A stretch of 64,000 bases of DNA from positions 2,080,001-2,144,000 of the forward strand of contig OY781066.1 in NCBI GenBank assembly GCA_963676395.1, in the 5' to 3' direction. Position 1 is the stretch's first letter. Each line of letters starts with the position of its first letter. This DNA comes from a bacterium. Lineage in GTDB: Bacteria; Fidelibacterota; Fidelibacteria; Fidelibacterales; Fidelibacteraceae. Both the position numbers and the translations under genes were made by a program. Of the stretch, positions 32,395-41,804 are shown in pieces. Below the pieces are notes generated by a model. It worked only from the letters and a program-made list of their open reading frames with translations, did not search any database and was not told the origin of the DNA.

Positions 32395-33741
32395 ATGGGA
32401 AGTACACCAACAATTGAATCTCGTCGTTTAATTACTTTTGATCTGATGAAGGGTTATGCTGTGATCGGCCTTTTATTTTTGCACGGTCTTATTCATGGCA
32501 CCTGGCATTCTGCCGATACTGCATTATCAATTTTACCAGTATGGCTACTTGTGATATTGGCTCCTTTGATCATTGCTGCAACCTGGGGTGGAGGATTTGC
32601 ACTTCTAAGTGGCTTTGTAAATATGTTCAATGCCTTAAATAAAATGAGTAAGGGGTATAAAAGAAAAGATGCTTTAGTACCGATTATATTAAATTCTATC
32701 ATCATTATTTTATTGGATCCTGTTCGCTGTTATTTTTTAGTCGTGCCTTGGAAAAGATTATTTTCGGGAAATACGGGATATTCGTTGATTAATAATTTAA
32801 TTGTGAATTCAAAATTGGAGTTTCCTCCATTTGAACAGATTATTTCACCGGGTGCTTTACCTATGATAGGAATTGCAGGTTTATTATGTGCATTATTTAT
32901 AAGCATTTATTTTGACAAAGATGGTAAATCCAGAGGGCATTCGCATTTACATATTATATTGCTGAGTATTGGGCTGCTTGTTTTTCTTTTTGGAGAACCA
33001 ATTAGTCACGCAATGTATACTTTAGAAAAAGATATGTTCTTTAGAGGTGGAATACTTAGAATCTTAGCATATCCCCTTGTAATGATTGGAGGAGATATCT
33101 TGTCTTTCCTTCCTAGTGGTGGTTATGCATTTCTTGGTATGAGTTTTGCATTGATTTATTTGCAAGATGATTCAAAGTCAAAAATTAAGAAATATTCTCG
33201 TATTATATCAGCTGTAAGCGGTCTCATATTTTTGATATTTATCTCAATTATGGTCCAACAATCCGGTGATGTGAGCACTGTGATCAGTAAATTATTTGAT
33301 TATCGTGTTCCAACTCGGGCACTTACCTTTTTTAATGCTACCATTATTACAATTATACTGTCAGCTTTGTTAAGGCACTATGAATATGATACTGCTGATA
33401 TTTATAAGGCAAAAGCTCGGAAAACGGTATGGGTTCGTCGCTGGGGTATGATGACACTGACATTGTATATGCTTGATCCCATTTTCAATTCAGCTTTCTC
33501 CCAATTATTTCATATGTGGTTTGGTGATCCTTCATTAAAAGTTGATGCTTTCATGACAAATGTACCGGCAATCTTTCTGTTTGCGGCAACAATTATTTGT
33601 TTTTGGTTTAGCTTGATCTGGGCATGGGAAAAAATTGCTTTTAAGGGTAGTTTGGAGTCTCTTATTGTTTGGTTCGGTGGTCTCTTTCGCAAGAATAAGT
33701 CGCAGCGCTTGAATGTGAAAAAAAATCTCTATTTGGAATAA
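32395..33741 (+). CDS. Polytopic membrane protein, HGSNAT/DUF1624/DUF418-like (acyltransferase-3 superfamily)
   Basis: N-terminal R...FD..KG.A......H, about 10 TM helices, C-terminal G.M.LT.Y...W.....GSLE. Confidence 0.6.
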   Translation: MGSTPTIESRRLITFDLMKGYAVIGLLFLHGLIHGTWHSADTALSILPVWLLVILAPLIIAATWGGGFALLSGFVNMFNALNKMSKGYKRKDALVPIILNSIIIILLDPVRCYFLVVPWKRLFSGNTGYSLINNLIVNSKLEFPPFEQIISPGALPMIGIAGLLCALFISIYFDKDGKSRGHSHLHIILLSIGLLVFLFGEPISHAMYTLEKDMFFRGGILRILAYPLVMIGGDILSFLPSGGYAFLGMSFALIYLQDDSKSKIKKYSRIISAVSGLIFLIFISIMVQQSGDVSTVISKLFDYRVPTRALTFFNATIITIILSALLRHYEYDTADIYKAKARKTVWVRRWGMMTLTLYMLDPIFNSAFSQLFHMWFGDPSLKVDAFMTNVPAIFLFAATIICFWFSLIWAWEKIAFKGSLESLIVWFGGLFRKNKSQRLNVKKNLYLE

Positions 33742-34028
33742 ATGAACATTTTTAATCTATCGACCTATTCACGATTAGGGGATGTTGTTTACGTTGATTA
33801 TGTGAGCCTTAAATAGCTGTATATAATCGTATAATATTTCCCCGAAAAATTGTGGTAGGGTTTTACATTTGGGCAAGGTGTCGCAGGATTATTGTTTACT
33901 CTCATATCTTTTTCATTATTCTTTTATTTTGATTATAATTTTAATCTCAATACTTATCTTGGTCTTACTCGCATGACATCGTATATTTAAAGATTAAAGA
34001 AAAATATTTGAAAAGAGAGGAGTCTGCG

Positions 34029-35072
34029 ATGAGTGTAGACCAAAAAGTAAGAGAGAAGATCTTAGCATTTCCCAAAATCGATTTGCATTGCCACCTGGAT
34101 GGCTCAGTCCGTCCCGAAACAATTGTTGAACTTGCCAATGAGCAAGGTGTAAAATTGCCTTATGATTCATTGAAAGCTATGAATAAATATTTACACTGTG
34201 ATAATGCAACATCATTACCCGATTATTTAAAACGCTTTGACGTGACACTTTCCGTTATGCAGGATGAGGCTTCTGTTGAGCGTGTTACCTATGAATTATG
34301 TGAAGATGCCGCCAAAGAGAATATACGTTGGCTTGAAATACGGTATTCACCTATCTTGCATACTCAAAAAGGAATGCGCAATGTTGATAATCTGGAAGCG
34401 GTAATACGCGGTATGAAACGTGCTGAACGTGATTTTGGTATTATGGGAGGGGCGATCGTTTGCGGTATGCGCTCTTTTGATCCTAAAATATCGGTTGAAC
34501 TGGCAGAGTTGGCCGTTGCATATAAAAATAGGGGAGTTGTCGGCTTTGATCTTGCAGGCCCCGAAGAAAACTATCCCGCAAAGGATCATGAAGAAGCTTT
34601 TAGGTTAGTATTGAAAAACAATATTAATATTACGATCCATGCCGGTGAAGCTTATGGTCCCGAAAGCATCCATCAAGCTGTCCACTATTGCGGTGCCCAT
34701 CGTATCGGTCACGGTACACACCTAAAAGAAGATGGGGATCTGATGAATTATATTAATGATCACCGTATATGCCTTGAAATATGTTTAACTTCAAATCTGC
34801 AAACTAAATCGGTGCCTTCGCTTGAAGAACACCCATTTAAATTTTATCGTGATTATGGATTACGTTTAAGTTTGAATACAGATAACAGATTGATGTCTAA
34901 TACCTCTGTTACCGACGAATTATGTTTGGCTTATGATGCATTCGATCTTTCTATGGATGACATAAAGAGTATCATTATTGATGGTTTTAAATCAGCTTTT
35001 ATTCATCATCGTGATCGCAAAATGCTTGTACAGGAAGTCGCAATGGAATTAGATAAGTTTGTGAGAATATAG
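34029..35072 (+). CDS. add: Adenosine deaminase
   Basis: PK.DLHCHLDGS, DLAGPE, HAGE, RIGHG, CLTSN, NTD; RBS GAGGAG before ATG 34029. Confidence 0.95.
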   Translation: MSVDQKVREKILAFPKIDLHCHLDGSVRPETIVELANEQGVKLPYDSLKAMNKYLHCDNATSLPDYLKRFDVTLSVMQDEASVERVTYELCEDAAKENIRWLEIRYSPILHTQKGMRNVDNLEAVIRGMKRAERDFGIMGGAIVCGMRSFDPKISVELAELAVAYKNRGVVGFDLAGPEENYPAKDHEEAFRLVLKNNINITIHAGEAYGPESIHQAVHYCGAHRIGHGTHLKEDGDLMNYINDHRICLEICLTSNLQTKSVPSLEEHPFKFYRDYGLRLSLNTDNRLMSNTSVTDELCLAYDAFDLSMDDIKSIIIDGFKSAFIHHRDRKMLVQEVAMELDKFVRI

Positions 35073-35122
35073 TCAACAGCCAACAGTCTTTAGCTCCATA
35101 GCCGATAGCTGACAGCTTAATT

Positions 35123-35596
35123 ATGCAAGAAATCGAACGAAAATTTCTGATAAAAAAACCTTCGACAGTTCTAAGTCTGCCTTCGGTTCATGTTATCCAA
35201 GGTTATTTATTGTATGCCGATGATGGAACGGCTAGAGTGCGTATTATCGACGGGAAGTCAGCAGTTCTTTCAATAAAAAAAGATATCACTCAACTCACTC
35301 GTTGGGAGTTTGAGTATGATATTCCCGTTAAAGATGCCCGTACCATGATCGAGCAATGCTGCAATGGCAAAGTGGTGGAAAAACGACGTTGTTTCCCCGT
35401 GGTGGGGGGCAAAACATGGGATGTGGATATCTTTCTTGGTAAAAATTTAGGACTGATCATTGCTGAGATAGAACTTGATAGTGAAGATGAGGTATTCGAT
35501 AAGCCGGAGTGGCTGGGTGAGGAAGTTACGGGTGACTTAAGGTACTATAATGCGTATTTGGCTAAGAAACCCTTTCAAGAACAACCGAATGAGTGA
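35123..35596 (+). CDS. CYTH domain protein (triphosphate tunnel metalloenzyme)
   Basis: EIERKFL, QGYL, RVR, EFEY.IP, AEIEL, W.GEEVT.D.RY.N. Confidence 0.92.
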   Translation: MQEIERKFLIKKPSTVLSLPSVHVIQGYLLYADDGTARVRIIDGKSAVLSIKKDITQLTRWEFEYDIPVKDARTMIEQCCNGKVVEKRRCFPVVGGKTWDVDIFLGKNLGLIIAEIELDSEDEVFDKPEWLGEEVTGDLRYYNAYLAKKPFQEQPNE

Positions 35597-35643
35597 ATGG
35601 ACCAATGTTGATATAGAAAGTAGGATTCTGAAATAATAGTAAT

Positions 35644-35699
35644 TTTCCACTTTCCACTCACTACTTACCACTCACTACTTACTACTTACTATTTACCAT
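35644..35699. repeat. Degenerate heptamer tandem repeat, 8 units
   Basis: tttccac tttccac tcactac ttaccac tcactac ttactac ttactat ttaccat. Confidence 0.8.
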
Positions 35700-35857
35700 C
35701 TCTTAATCATTCTGATCTTTTTCTTTGTTTTTTAAATATCACCTCAACCTTAATTCTTGATATGTAATCTTAATCATATTCCTTAAATGTCTCTTGTTTC
35801 TTAAATAAAAAATGTTATATTTCGGCGACTGAGATGACTCACACAATCGGAGGAAAA

Positions 35858-37060
35858 ATGAAAGTCTTGATCATCAATTCAGGTAGTTCATCCGTAAAGT
35901 ATCAGGTTATTGATACAGCTACACAGGATTATCTTGCAAAAGGTTTGGTTGAAAAGATCAATCTTGAGGGTTCTCGTGTAAAGCATCAAAATAAAGGTGC
36001 TGACAAGATAACCATTGAGAAACCGATCGAAGACCACGATGTTGCCATTGATTTGGTATTATCACTATTAGTCGACGAAAAAGACGGTGTTCTTGATAGT
36101 TTTGAAGACCTTGACGCCGTAGGCCATCGTATTGTACACGGTGGAGAAAAATTTAATTCATCTGTAAAAATTACTGATGAAGTTATGACTGTTCTTGAAG
36201 AATGTACACCCTTAGCTCCTTTACATAACCCTGCAAATATCGCCGGTATTCTTGCTGCAAAAGCTAAGCTTCCCAATACACCCATGGTAGGTGTTTTTGA
36301 TACGGCATTTCATTCTACAATGCCCGATTATGCTTATATGTATGCGCTTCCAAAAGAATATTATGAAAAGTATGCCATTCGTCGTTATGGCTTTCATGGC
36401 ACATCTCATTATTTTGTATCTCGTCGTTTTGCCGAACTGGTTGATAAACCGGTTGAAGAGCTTAACCTGATCTCATGTCATATTGGTAACGGAGCTTCAG
36501 TTTGCGCTATTCAAGGTGGAAAATCAATTGATACATCAATGGGATATACACCACTAGAAGGTCTTATGATGGGGACTCGTTCCGGTGATGTGGATGGTGG
36601 CGCCGTTTTAAAGATTGCAGAATACGAAGATATGTCTATCAACGATATGAACATGATGCTAAATAAAAAAAGTGGTATCATGGGCATATATGAAAAATCA
36701 TCAGATCTTCGTGATATTGAAGATGGTGTTGCTGCCGGTGATGAAGTTGCAACATTGGCATTTAATATGTTCAATTATCGTATAAGAAAATATATTGGTG
36801 CTTATGCTGCTGCATTAGGTCATGTAGATGGTATTATTTTTACCGGCGGTGTCGGTGAAAATGGTCCGTTGACTCGCGAACCCGTATGCGGTAACCTGGA
36901 ATGCATGGGCTGCTATATCGATGATGAAAAAAATGATGCCGTTATTCGCGGAAAAGAAGGTTTTATTTCAACCGATGATTCACGCGTGAAAGTTGCTGTT
37001 ATTCCTACAAATGAGGAATTGGTTATCGCTTTGGAAACTGAAGCGATCGTCAACAACTGA
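35858..37060 (+). CDS. ackA: Acetate kinase
   Basis: INSGSSSVK, GHRIVHGG, APLHNP, VFDTAFH, YGFHGTSH, TPLEGL.MGTRSG, PTNEEL; RBS GGAGG before 35858. Confidence 0.97.
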   Translation: MKVLIINSGSSSVKYQVIDTATQDYLAKGLVEKINLEGSRVKHQNKGADKITIEKPIEDHDVAIDLVLSLLVDEKDGVLDSFEDLDAVGHRIVHGGEKFNSSVKITDEVMTVLEECTPLAPLHNPANIAGILAAKAKLPNTPMVGVFDTAFHSTMPDYAYMYALPKEYYEKYAIRRYGFHGTSHYFVSRRFAELVDKPVEELNLISCHIGNGASVCAIQGGKSIDTSMGYTPLEGLMMGTRSGDVDGGAVLKIAEYEDMSINDMNMMLNKKSGIMGIYEKSSDLRDIEDGVAAGDEVATLAFNMFNYRIRKYIGAYAAALGHVDGIIFTGGVGENGPLTREPVCGNLECMGCYIDDEKNDAVIRGKEGFISTDDSRVKVAVIPTNEELVIALETEAIVNN

Positions 37061-37081
37061 AGGTCATAAATAAATGTTGAT

Positions 37082-37106
37082 AAGATACACTCATTGAGTG
37101 TATCTT
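37082..37106. terminator. Hairpin between ackA and prfB
   Basis: aagatacactca-t-tgagtgtatctt perfect inverted repeat. Confidence 0.5.
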
Positions 37107-37126
37107 GTCGTATTAGGAGCTTTTTT

Positions 37127-38224
37127 ATGCAAACACCCGAACAACTCAAAGATACTTTTGAAAAAACTCTCAAGAAATTTGAGGAAGTGGCAGCTTATAC
37201 CGACTTAGATGAGAAAAATGCCAAAATTCTTGAATTGCGCAAAAAAACACTAGAGCCAAATTTTTGGAATGATAATTTATCAGCACAAAAGGTAACAAAA
37301 GAGATCTCAGGACTGGAATTTGAGGTTAAACGCTGGAAAGAATTGAATCTTTTGAAAGAAGATATCGACTTGCAGTGGATGCTAATGGAAGAAGACGCTG
37401 TAGATATGGAAGAATTATCTGAATTGGTGAATAAATTCGAACAACGTATCAATGATCTTGAGATAGAAAAACTGCTTTCGGGTGAGCAGGATAAAAATAA
37501 TGCCATTTTGGTAATTCATCCCGGAGCGGGTGGTACAGAATCCCACGATTGGGCTTCTATGCTTTACCGTATGTATACTCGTTGGATGGAACGACGTGGT
37601 TATGAATACTCTGTAATGAATTATCAGCCCGGTGATGAAGCCGGTATTAAGGAAGCTGTAATTGAGGTAAAAGGTCCTTATGCTTACGGTTACCTTAAAG
37701 CCGAGATCGGTGTACATCGTTTGGTGAGAATATCACCCTTTAATGCTCAAGGTAAACGCCAAACCTCCTTTGCTTCAGTTTTTGTATATCCCGAAGTGGA
37801 TGATGATATCGAAATTGAAATTAATCCTTCGGATATCCGAATTGATACCTTTCGCGCCAGCGGAGCGGGGGGACAGCATGTGAATAAAACAGACTCAGCG
37901 ATCCGCATTACGCATATTCCTACAAACATTGTGGTTTCCTGCCAGAATGAACGTTCTCAGCACAAAAATAAAGAATCTGCCATGAAAGTGCTGAAATCAC
38001 GACTCTATGAAGAAGAAGTTAAAAAACAACAAGCTGAAAAAGCCGAGTTAGATAAAACTAAAACAGACATCGGTTGGGGTTCACAGATACGATCCTATGT
38101 GTTTCAGCCATATACCCTTGTTAAAGATACACGCACAGCTTACGAATCCGGAAACCTTCAACATGTGATGGATGGAGATATCGACGGGTTTATTCAGGCT
38201 TATCTGAAGTGGGTGATTTCTTAA
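37127..38224 (+). CDS. prfB: Peptide chain release factor 2, one continuous ORF
   Basis: GAGGTES.DW, SPF recognition motif, GGQ, WGSQIRSY; RBS AGGAG before ATG 37127. Confidence 0.96.
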   Translation: MQTPEQLKDTFEKTLKKFEEVAAYTDLDEKNAKILELRKKTLEPNFWNDNLSAQKVTKEISGLEFEVKRWKELNLLKEDIDLQWMLMEEDAVDMEELSELVNKFEQRINDLEIEKLLSGEQDKNNAILVIHPGAGGTESHDWASMLYRMYTRWMERRGYEYSVMNYQPGDEAGIKEAVIEVKGPYAYGYLKAEIGVHRLVRISPFNAQGKRQTSFASVFVYPEVDDDIEIEINPSDIRIDTFRASGAGGQHVNKTDSAIRITHIPTNIVVSCQNERSQHKNKESAMKVLKSRLYEEEVKKQQAEKAELDKTKTDIGWGSQIRSYVFQPYTLVKDTRTAYESGNLQHVMDGDIDGFIQAYLKWVIS

Positions 38225-38234
38225 ATCATTCCAT

Positions 38235-38262
38235 GTAAGGAACGGTCGTGACCGTTCCTTAC
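38235..38262. repeat. 28-bp REP-like palindrome, best-preserved copy
   Basis: gtaaggaacggtc-gt-gaccgttccttac perfect inverted repeat. Confidence 0.85.
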
Positions 38263-38381
38263 ACATTCAATGTTTCATTTATTGCATTTAACTATCTTAT
38301 TTCGTAAAATTCAAAATCACGGAACATATTTGCTTTTTGTGCAATATAACAAAGGTTTTCTAATCTAATTCGGGGTAAGTA

Positions 38382-39371
38382 ATGAAAAAGAATATCGTTT
38401 CCTCAGTCCTTTTATTATTGGTCTTATTATTAGCAACATCATGTTTGTTTGGACCTGATATCGTCGTAAATAAAACCATAAAGATCAAAGTGGGGGAAAA
38501 ACTCTACGCAGAAGATGATGTATGGGTTCAGCTAGACAGTATTACTCTTGATACTCGGAATTATTTAACAAATACTCACGGTCGAGTTGTAATGAAATTT
38601 ACAATTGGTCAGGATAGCTCAGGTGGTGAATATTGGAGAGAACAACACACTTTTGTTAGTGATACGCTAAGTAGTCGTACATTTAGTTCCTATTGGCAGC
38701 CACCTGTTCTCGGTGGTAAATCTTATGTTATGACAGTTACGGGTATAGAACCGCAGAGAGTTGGTGAAGTAGATATTCCACAAGCTGATTACAGTATTTC
38801 TTTTGTTCTCGAAGAGGGTTTTTTTGCTGAAAAGCCCAATATTTATCTCTATCCCAAACGCAAAACTAAAATGAATGTCTCTTTAAACTTTCCACAGGGA
38901 GGCAGAGTCGTGAAATCCGATCCTAGCTATCCACAAGAATGGCAAAAGATTTCGGTAAAACCGAATGGCTTAATCGACGGGAAACACGATTTCTTGTTCT
39001 ATGAAGCATCCTTACCTGTGAAATGGCAGTACGATGAGGGTTGGTCCGTTCCCCGGACAAATTTAGAGTCCTTTTTTATTAAAAATTTAAAAGCCTACGG
39101 TTTTAACGATGCCGAGATCCTCGATTTTGTGGAATATTGGATACCTAGACTGACCGAATATCCCTTTTACAATATTTATCCTCAGCATACTCAAAAGATC
39201 AACGAGGTGGTTTCTTTAAATATAAGCAAGAGACCTAAATCTGTTCTGAGAATGTTCTATGTGATCGAACCGACAATGTCAATGCGTGCAAAAGATATTC
39301 CTGCACCTATGATACCGACTTTCGAAAGAAAAGGATTTACGGTCACAGAGTGGGGAGTTGTATTTAAATAA
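38382..39371 (+). CDS. Lipoprotein with a C-terminal KPNIYLYP domain of unknown function (paralog 1)
   Basis: Lipobox ATSC; KPNIYLYP, FLFYEA, YGFN..EI.DF.EYW.P.L, V.EWGV. Confidence 0.8.
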   Translation: MKKNIVSSVLLLLVLLLATSCLFGPDIVVNKTIKIKVGEKLYAEDDVWVQLDSITLDTRNYLTNTHGRVVMKFTIGQDSSGGEYWREQHTFVSDTLSSRTFSSYWQPPVLGGKSYVMTVTGIEPQRVGEVDIPQADYSISFVLEEGFFAEKPNIYLYPKRKTKMNVSLNFPQGGRVVKSDPSYPQEWQKISVKPNGLIDGKHDFLFYEASLPVKWQYDEGWSVPRTNLESFFIKNLKAYGFNDAEILDFVEYWIPRLTEYPFYNIYPQHTQKINEVVSLNISKRPKSVLRMFYVIEPTMSMRAKDIPAPMIPTFERKGFTVTEWGVVFK

Positions 39372-39393
39372 GAAAATTTTAAATAATGCAAAT

Positions 39394-39431
39394 GTAAAGA
39401 ACGATGGCCCCGACGCTTCGGGGTTCCTTAC
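39394..39431. repeat. REP-like copy interrupted by a 16-bp mini-palindrome
   Basis: gtaaagaacgatgg [ccccgacgcttcgggg] ttccttac. Confidence 0.55.
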
Positions 39432-39452
39432 AAAGAGATAAAGGAATAAACC

Positions 39453-40451
39453 ATGAAACGCATCCTAGCCTTTATATTAACAATTATAATCGTCACTTTC
39501 ATTTTTTCGGGATGTAAAAATCCACCTATTGATACGTATGATGATTTTGATTTTTTGGATACTGTCATCATAGCGGTTGGTGATACTTTGTATGAAAATG
39601 AAAATTATTGGGTGACAGTAGATAGTATTATTGAAGATAGTCGTTGTCTATCAGGAGTAGATTGCGTTACTGCCGGACGAGCAATTGTTAGATTTACAAT
39701 GCCAACACTTTCATTTTATAATGGAGGTGTAATGACGATAGATGTTGCTACTGATACTCTTTCGGAAAGGTACATCTATTTACCTCTGCTTGAGGGTAGT
39801 ACAGAAGGTGAATTCAAACTATTGGATGTATTACCTTATCCGGTTCAGGGAGAAGTTATTTTACAAAAAGATTATATGGTAAAAATTTTAATTGATCATA
39901 CTGTGATCATCGATCGCAAGCCCAATCTCTATCTTTACCCCGAAAAGAAAACCAAAATGACCGTTTCCATGGATTTTCCACATGGTGGGGAAGTGGTAGA
40001 ATCTGATCCTGCTTATCCAAATGAATGGAAAAATATTAAAGTAAAACCCAATGGAAAGATCAACAAAAAGCATGATTATCTCTATTACGAATGTGAAATA
40101 CCGGATATTTGGCAGTATAGCGAGGGTTGGGTGGTTAAGCAGGAAGAGTTAACTGAATTTTTTACACAAAATCTCAATGATTATGGTTTTAATGAAGCTG
40201 AAATTGAAGATTTTATTGAATTTTGGATACCTAAGTTGATTCATGCCCCTAATTATAAAATTTTCCCCCAATATACCGAAATGGTTAATCGTGTTATTAA
40301 ATTATGGATTTCACCCAGACCTGAATCTCTCATGCGTTTACACTATGTGATTGTGCCATCGGACGATGTTTCTGATTTGCCTGTTCCCGAAATACCCAAA
40401 TATGAACCGCAAGGCTTTACGGCTAGGGAATGGGGAGTTATTTTGAAATAA
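39453..40451 (+). CDS. Lipoprotein with a KPNLYLYP domain (paralog 2)
   Basis: Lipobox FSGC; DSRC....DCV.AG; same C-terminal domain as paralog 1. Confidence 0.8.
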   Translation: MKRILAFILTIIIVTFIFSGCKNPPIDTYDDFDFLDTVIIAVGDTLYENENYWVTVDSIIEDSRCLSGVDCVTAGRAIVRFTMPTLSFYNGGVMTIDVATDTLSERYIYLPLLEGSTEGEFKLLDVLPYPVQGEVILQKDYMVKILIDHTVIIDRKPNLYLYPEKKTKMTVSMDFPHGGEVVESDPAYPNEWKNIKVKPNGKINKKHDYLYYECEIPDIWQYSEGWVVKQEELTEFFTQNLNDYGFNEAEIEDFIEFWIPKLIHAPNYKIFPQYTEMVNRVIKLWISPRPESLMRLHYVIVPSDDVSDLPVPEIPKYEPQGFTAREWGVILK

Positions 40452-40516
40452 AATGTTATGCTAAGGGCAACTCTAGGGGCACTCGTACATATTTATTTAA
40501 ATTGAAGGAACAAACA

Positions 40517-41509
40517 ATGAAAAAACTTCTCCCAAGCCTCTTCGCCATCACGCTGATCGTGGTGATATTTAGTGGGTGTAAACCACTTCTCCCATTAGAT
40601 AAAGACCAATTTGAATTGGGCGACACAGTTCAGGTTAAAGTTGGTGAAACAGTATATGAAAATGAAGATCTTTGGATACGATTAGATAGAATAATTCATG
40701 ATGACCGTTGTTGTCTGGTTTGTGACTGTGTAATTCCAGGTGGAGTAAAAGGAGAATTTAGCATTGGATTTGGAGATTCGACTATTACAGGTATATTTCA
40801 AACTGATTCTATGTCATGGATACCTATTAGGCTTCCGGGTGGTGATATTTTTGCTGATTATTATAACCTTGTTGTTATTGATGTCCAACCTGGACGAAGT
40901 ACTCCCACTACTGTCATACCTCAAAAGGATTATGTCATTAGTTTTGTACTTGAAGGCGGTATGTCGGTCGATAAACCCAACATCTACATCTATCCTACCA
41001 AGAAAACTCGAATGACGGTGTCACTTGATTTACCTGAGGGTGGTAAAGTCACCGAATCTATTCCAGAATATCCCAAAAAATGGAAAAATATCCGCGTGAA
41101 ACCCGATGGTACCATTAATCGCAAGTTTGACTATTTATTTTATGAAGCGGATCTACCCGGAGATTGGCAAAAAGAAGAAGGTTGGTGTGTTGCCCGGAAA
41201 GATCTTGAATTTTTCTTTATGTTGAATTTGCGTGATTACGGGTTTAACAAAAAAGAGATCGCTGATTTTATAGAATGGTGGATACCACGCTTGAAAGATA
41301 AACCGTATTATAAGATTTATCCTCAACATACAGCTAAGATAAACGAAATCGTTCCCCTTAAGATCAACAAAAAAGTCGATTCGCTTCTGCGACTATTTTA
41401 TTTTATTGAAGGTTCTGATTATAAATGGCACATGAAAGAACCCCTTGTACCCGAATTTAAACGCGATGGATTTGTTGTGACGGAATGGGGCGTGTCGCTT
41501 ATTGATTAA
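40517..41509 (+). CDS. Lipoprotein with a KPNIYIYP domain (paralog 3)
   Basis: Start reset to MKKLLP (RBS AAGGA); lipobox FSGC; D.RC....DCV.PG; same C-terminal domain. Confidence 0.8.
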   Translation: MKKLLPSLFAITLIVVIFSGCKPLLPLDKDQFELGDTVQVKVGETVYENEDLWIRLDRIIHDDRCCLVCDCVIPGGVKGEFSIGFGDSTITGIFQTDSMSWIPIRLPGGDIFADYYNLVVIDVQPGRSTPTTVIPQKDYVISFVLEGGMSVDKPNIYIYPTKKTRMTVSLDLPEGGKVTESIPEYPKKWKNIRVKPDGTINRKFDYLFYEADLPGDWQKEEGWCVARKDLEFFFMLNLRDYGFNKKEIADFIEWWIPRLKDKPYYKIYPQHTAKINEIVPLKINKKVDSLLRLFYFIEGSDYKWHMKEPLVPEFKRDGFVVTEWGVSLID

Positions 41510-41565
41510 TGAGCTCAGGAGATATGTAGCAGCGCTACCGTTTATCATAATATGAAAAAATCTCT

Positions 41566-41593
41566 GAAAGGAACGGTTTAGGCCGTTCCTTTT
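41566..41593. repeat. 28-bp REP-like palindrome
   Basis: gaaaggaacggtttaggccgttcctttt. Confidence 0.75.
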
Positions 41594-41804
41594 ATTATAA
41601 AGTGAATTTATCTTTCATTTTTTAAGTATCTTACGATTCACGAATATATTACTCTATATAGCAACAATTAATAAAACAATCCTCGAGAATCTTGATTTTT
41701 TACTGTCAAACTGACTCATCATTTATTACATTATCGAAAGTTCCGACACAGAGGGTATGAGCATCGGAATATCAACAAAATCAAAGAAAAGTGACTGTTA
41801 CCAC

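Noticed and set aside
32140..33741. attL/attR duplication of the guaA 3' end
   Set aside because: Only GGAATAA is shared with 33735-33741, too short to be meaningful, and there is no integrase.
38235..41593. Integron cassette array or DGR
   Set aside because: The palindromes lack attC RYYYAAC/GTTRRRY ends. No integrase, reverse transcriptase or adenine-specific TR/VR pair was seen.
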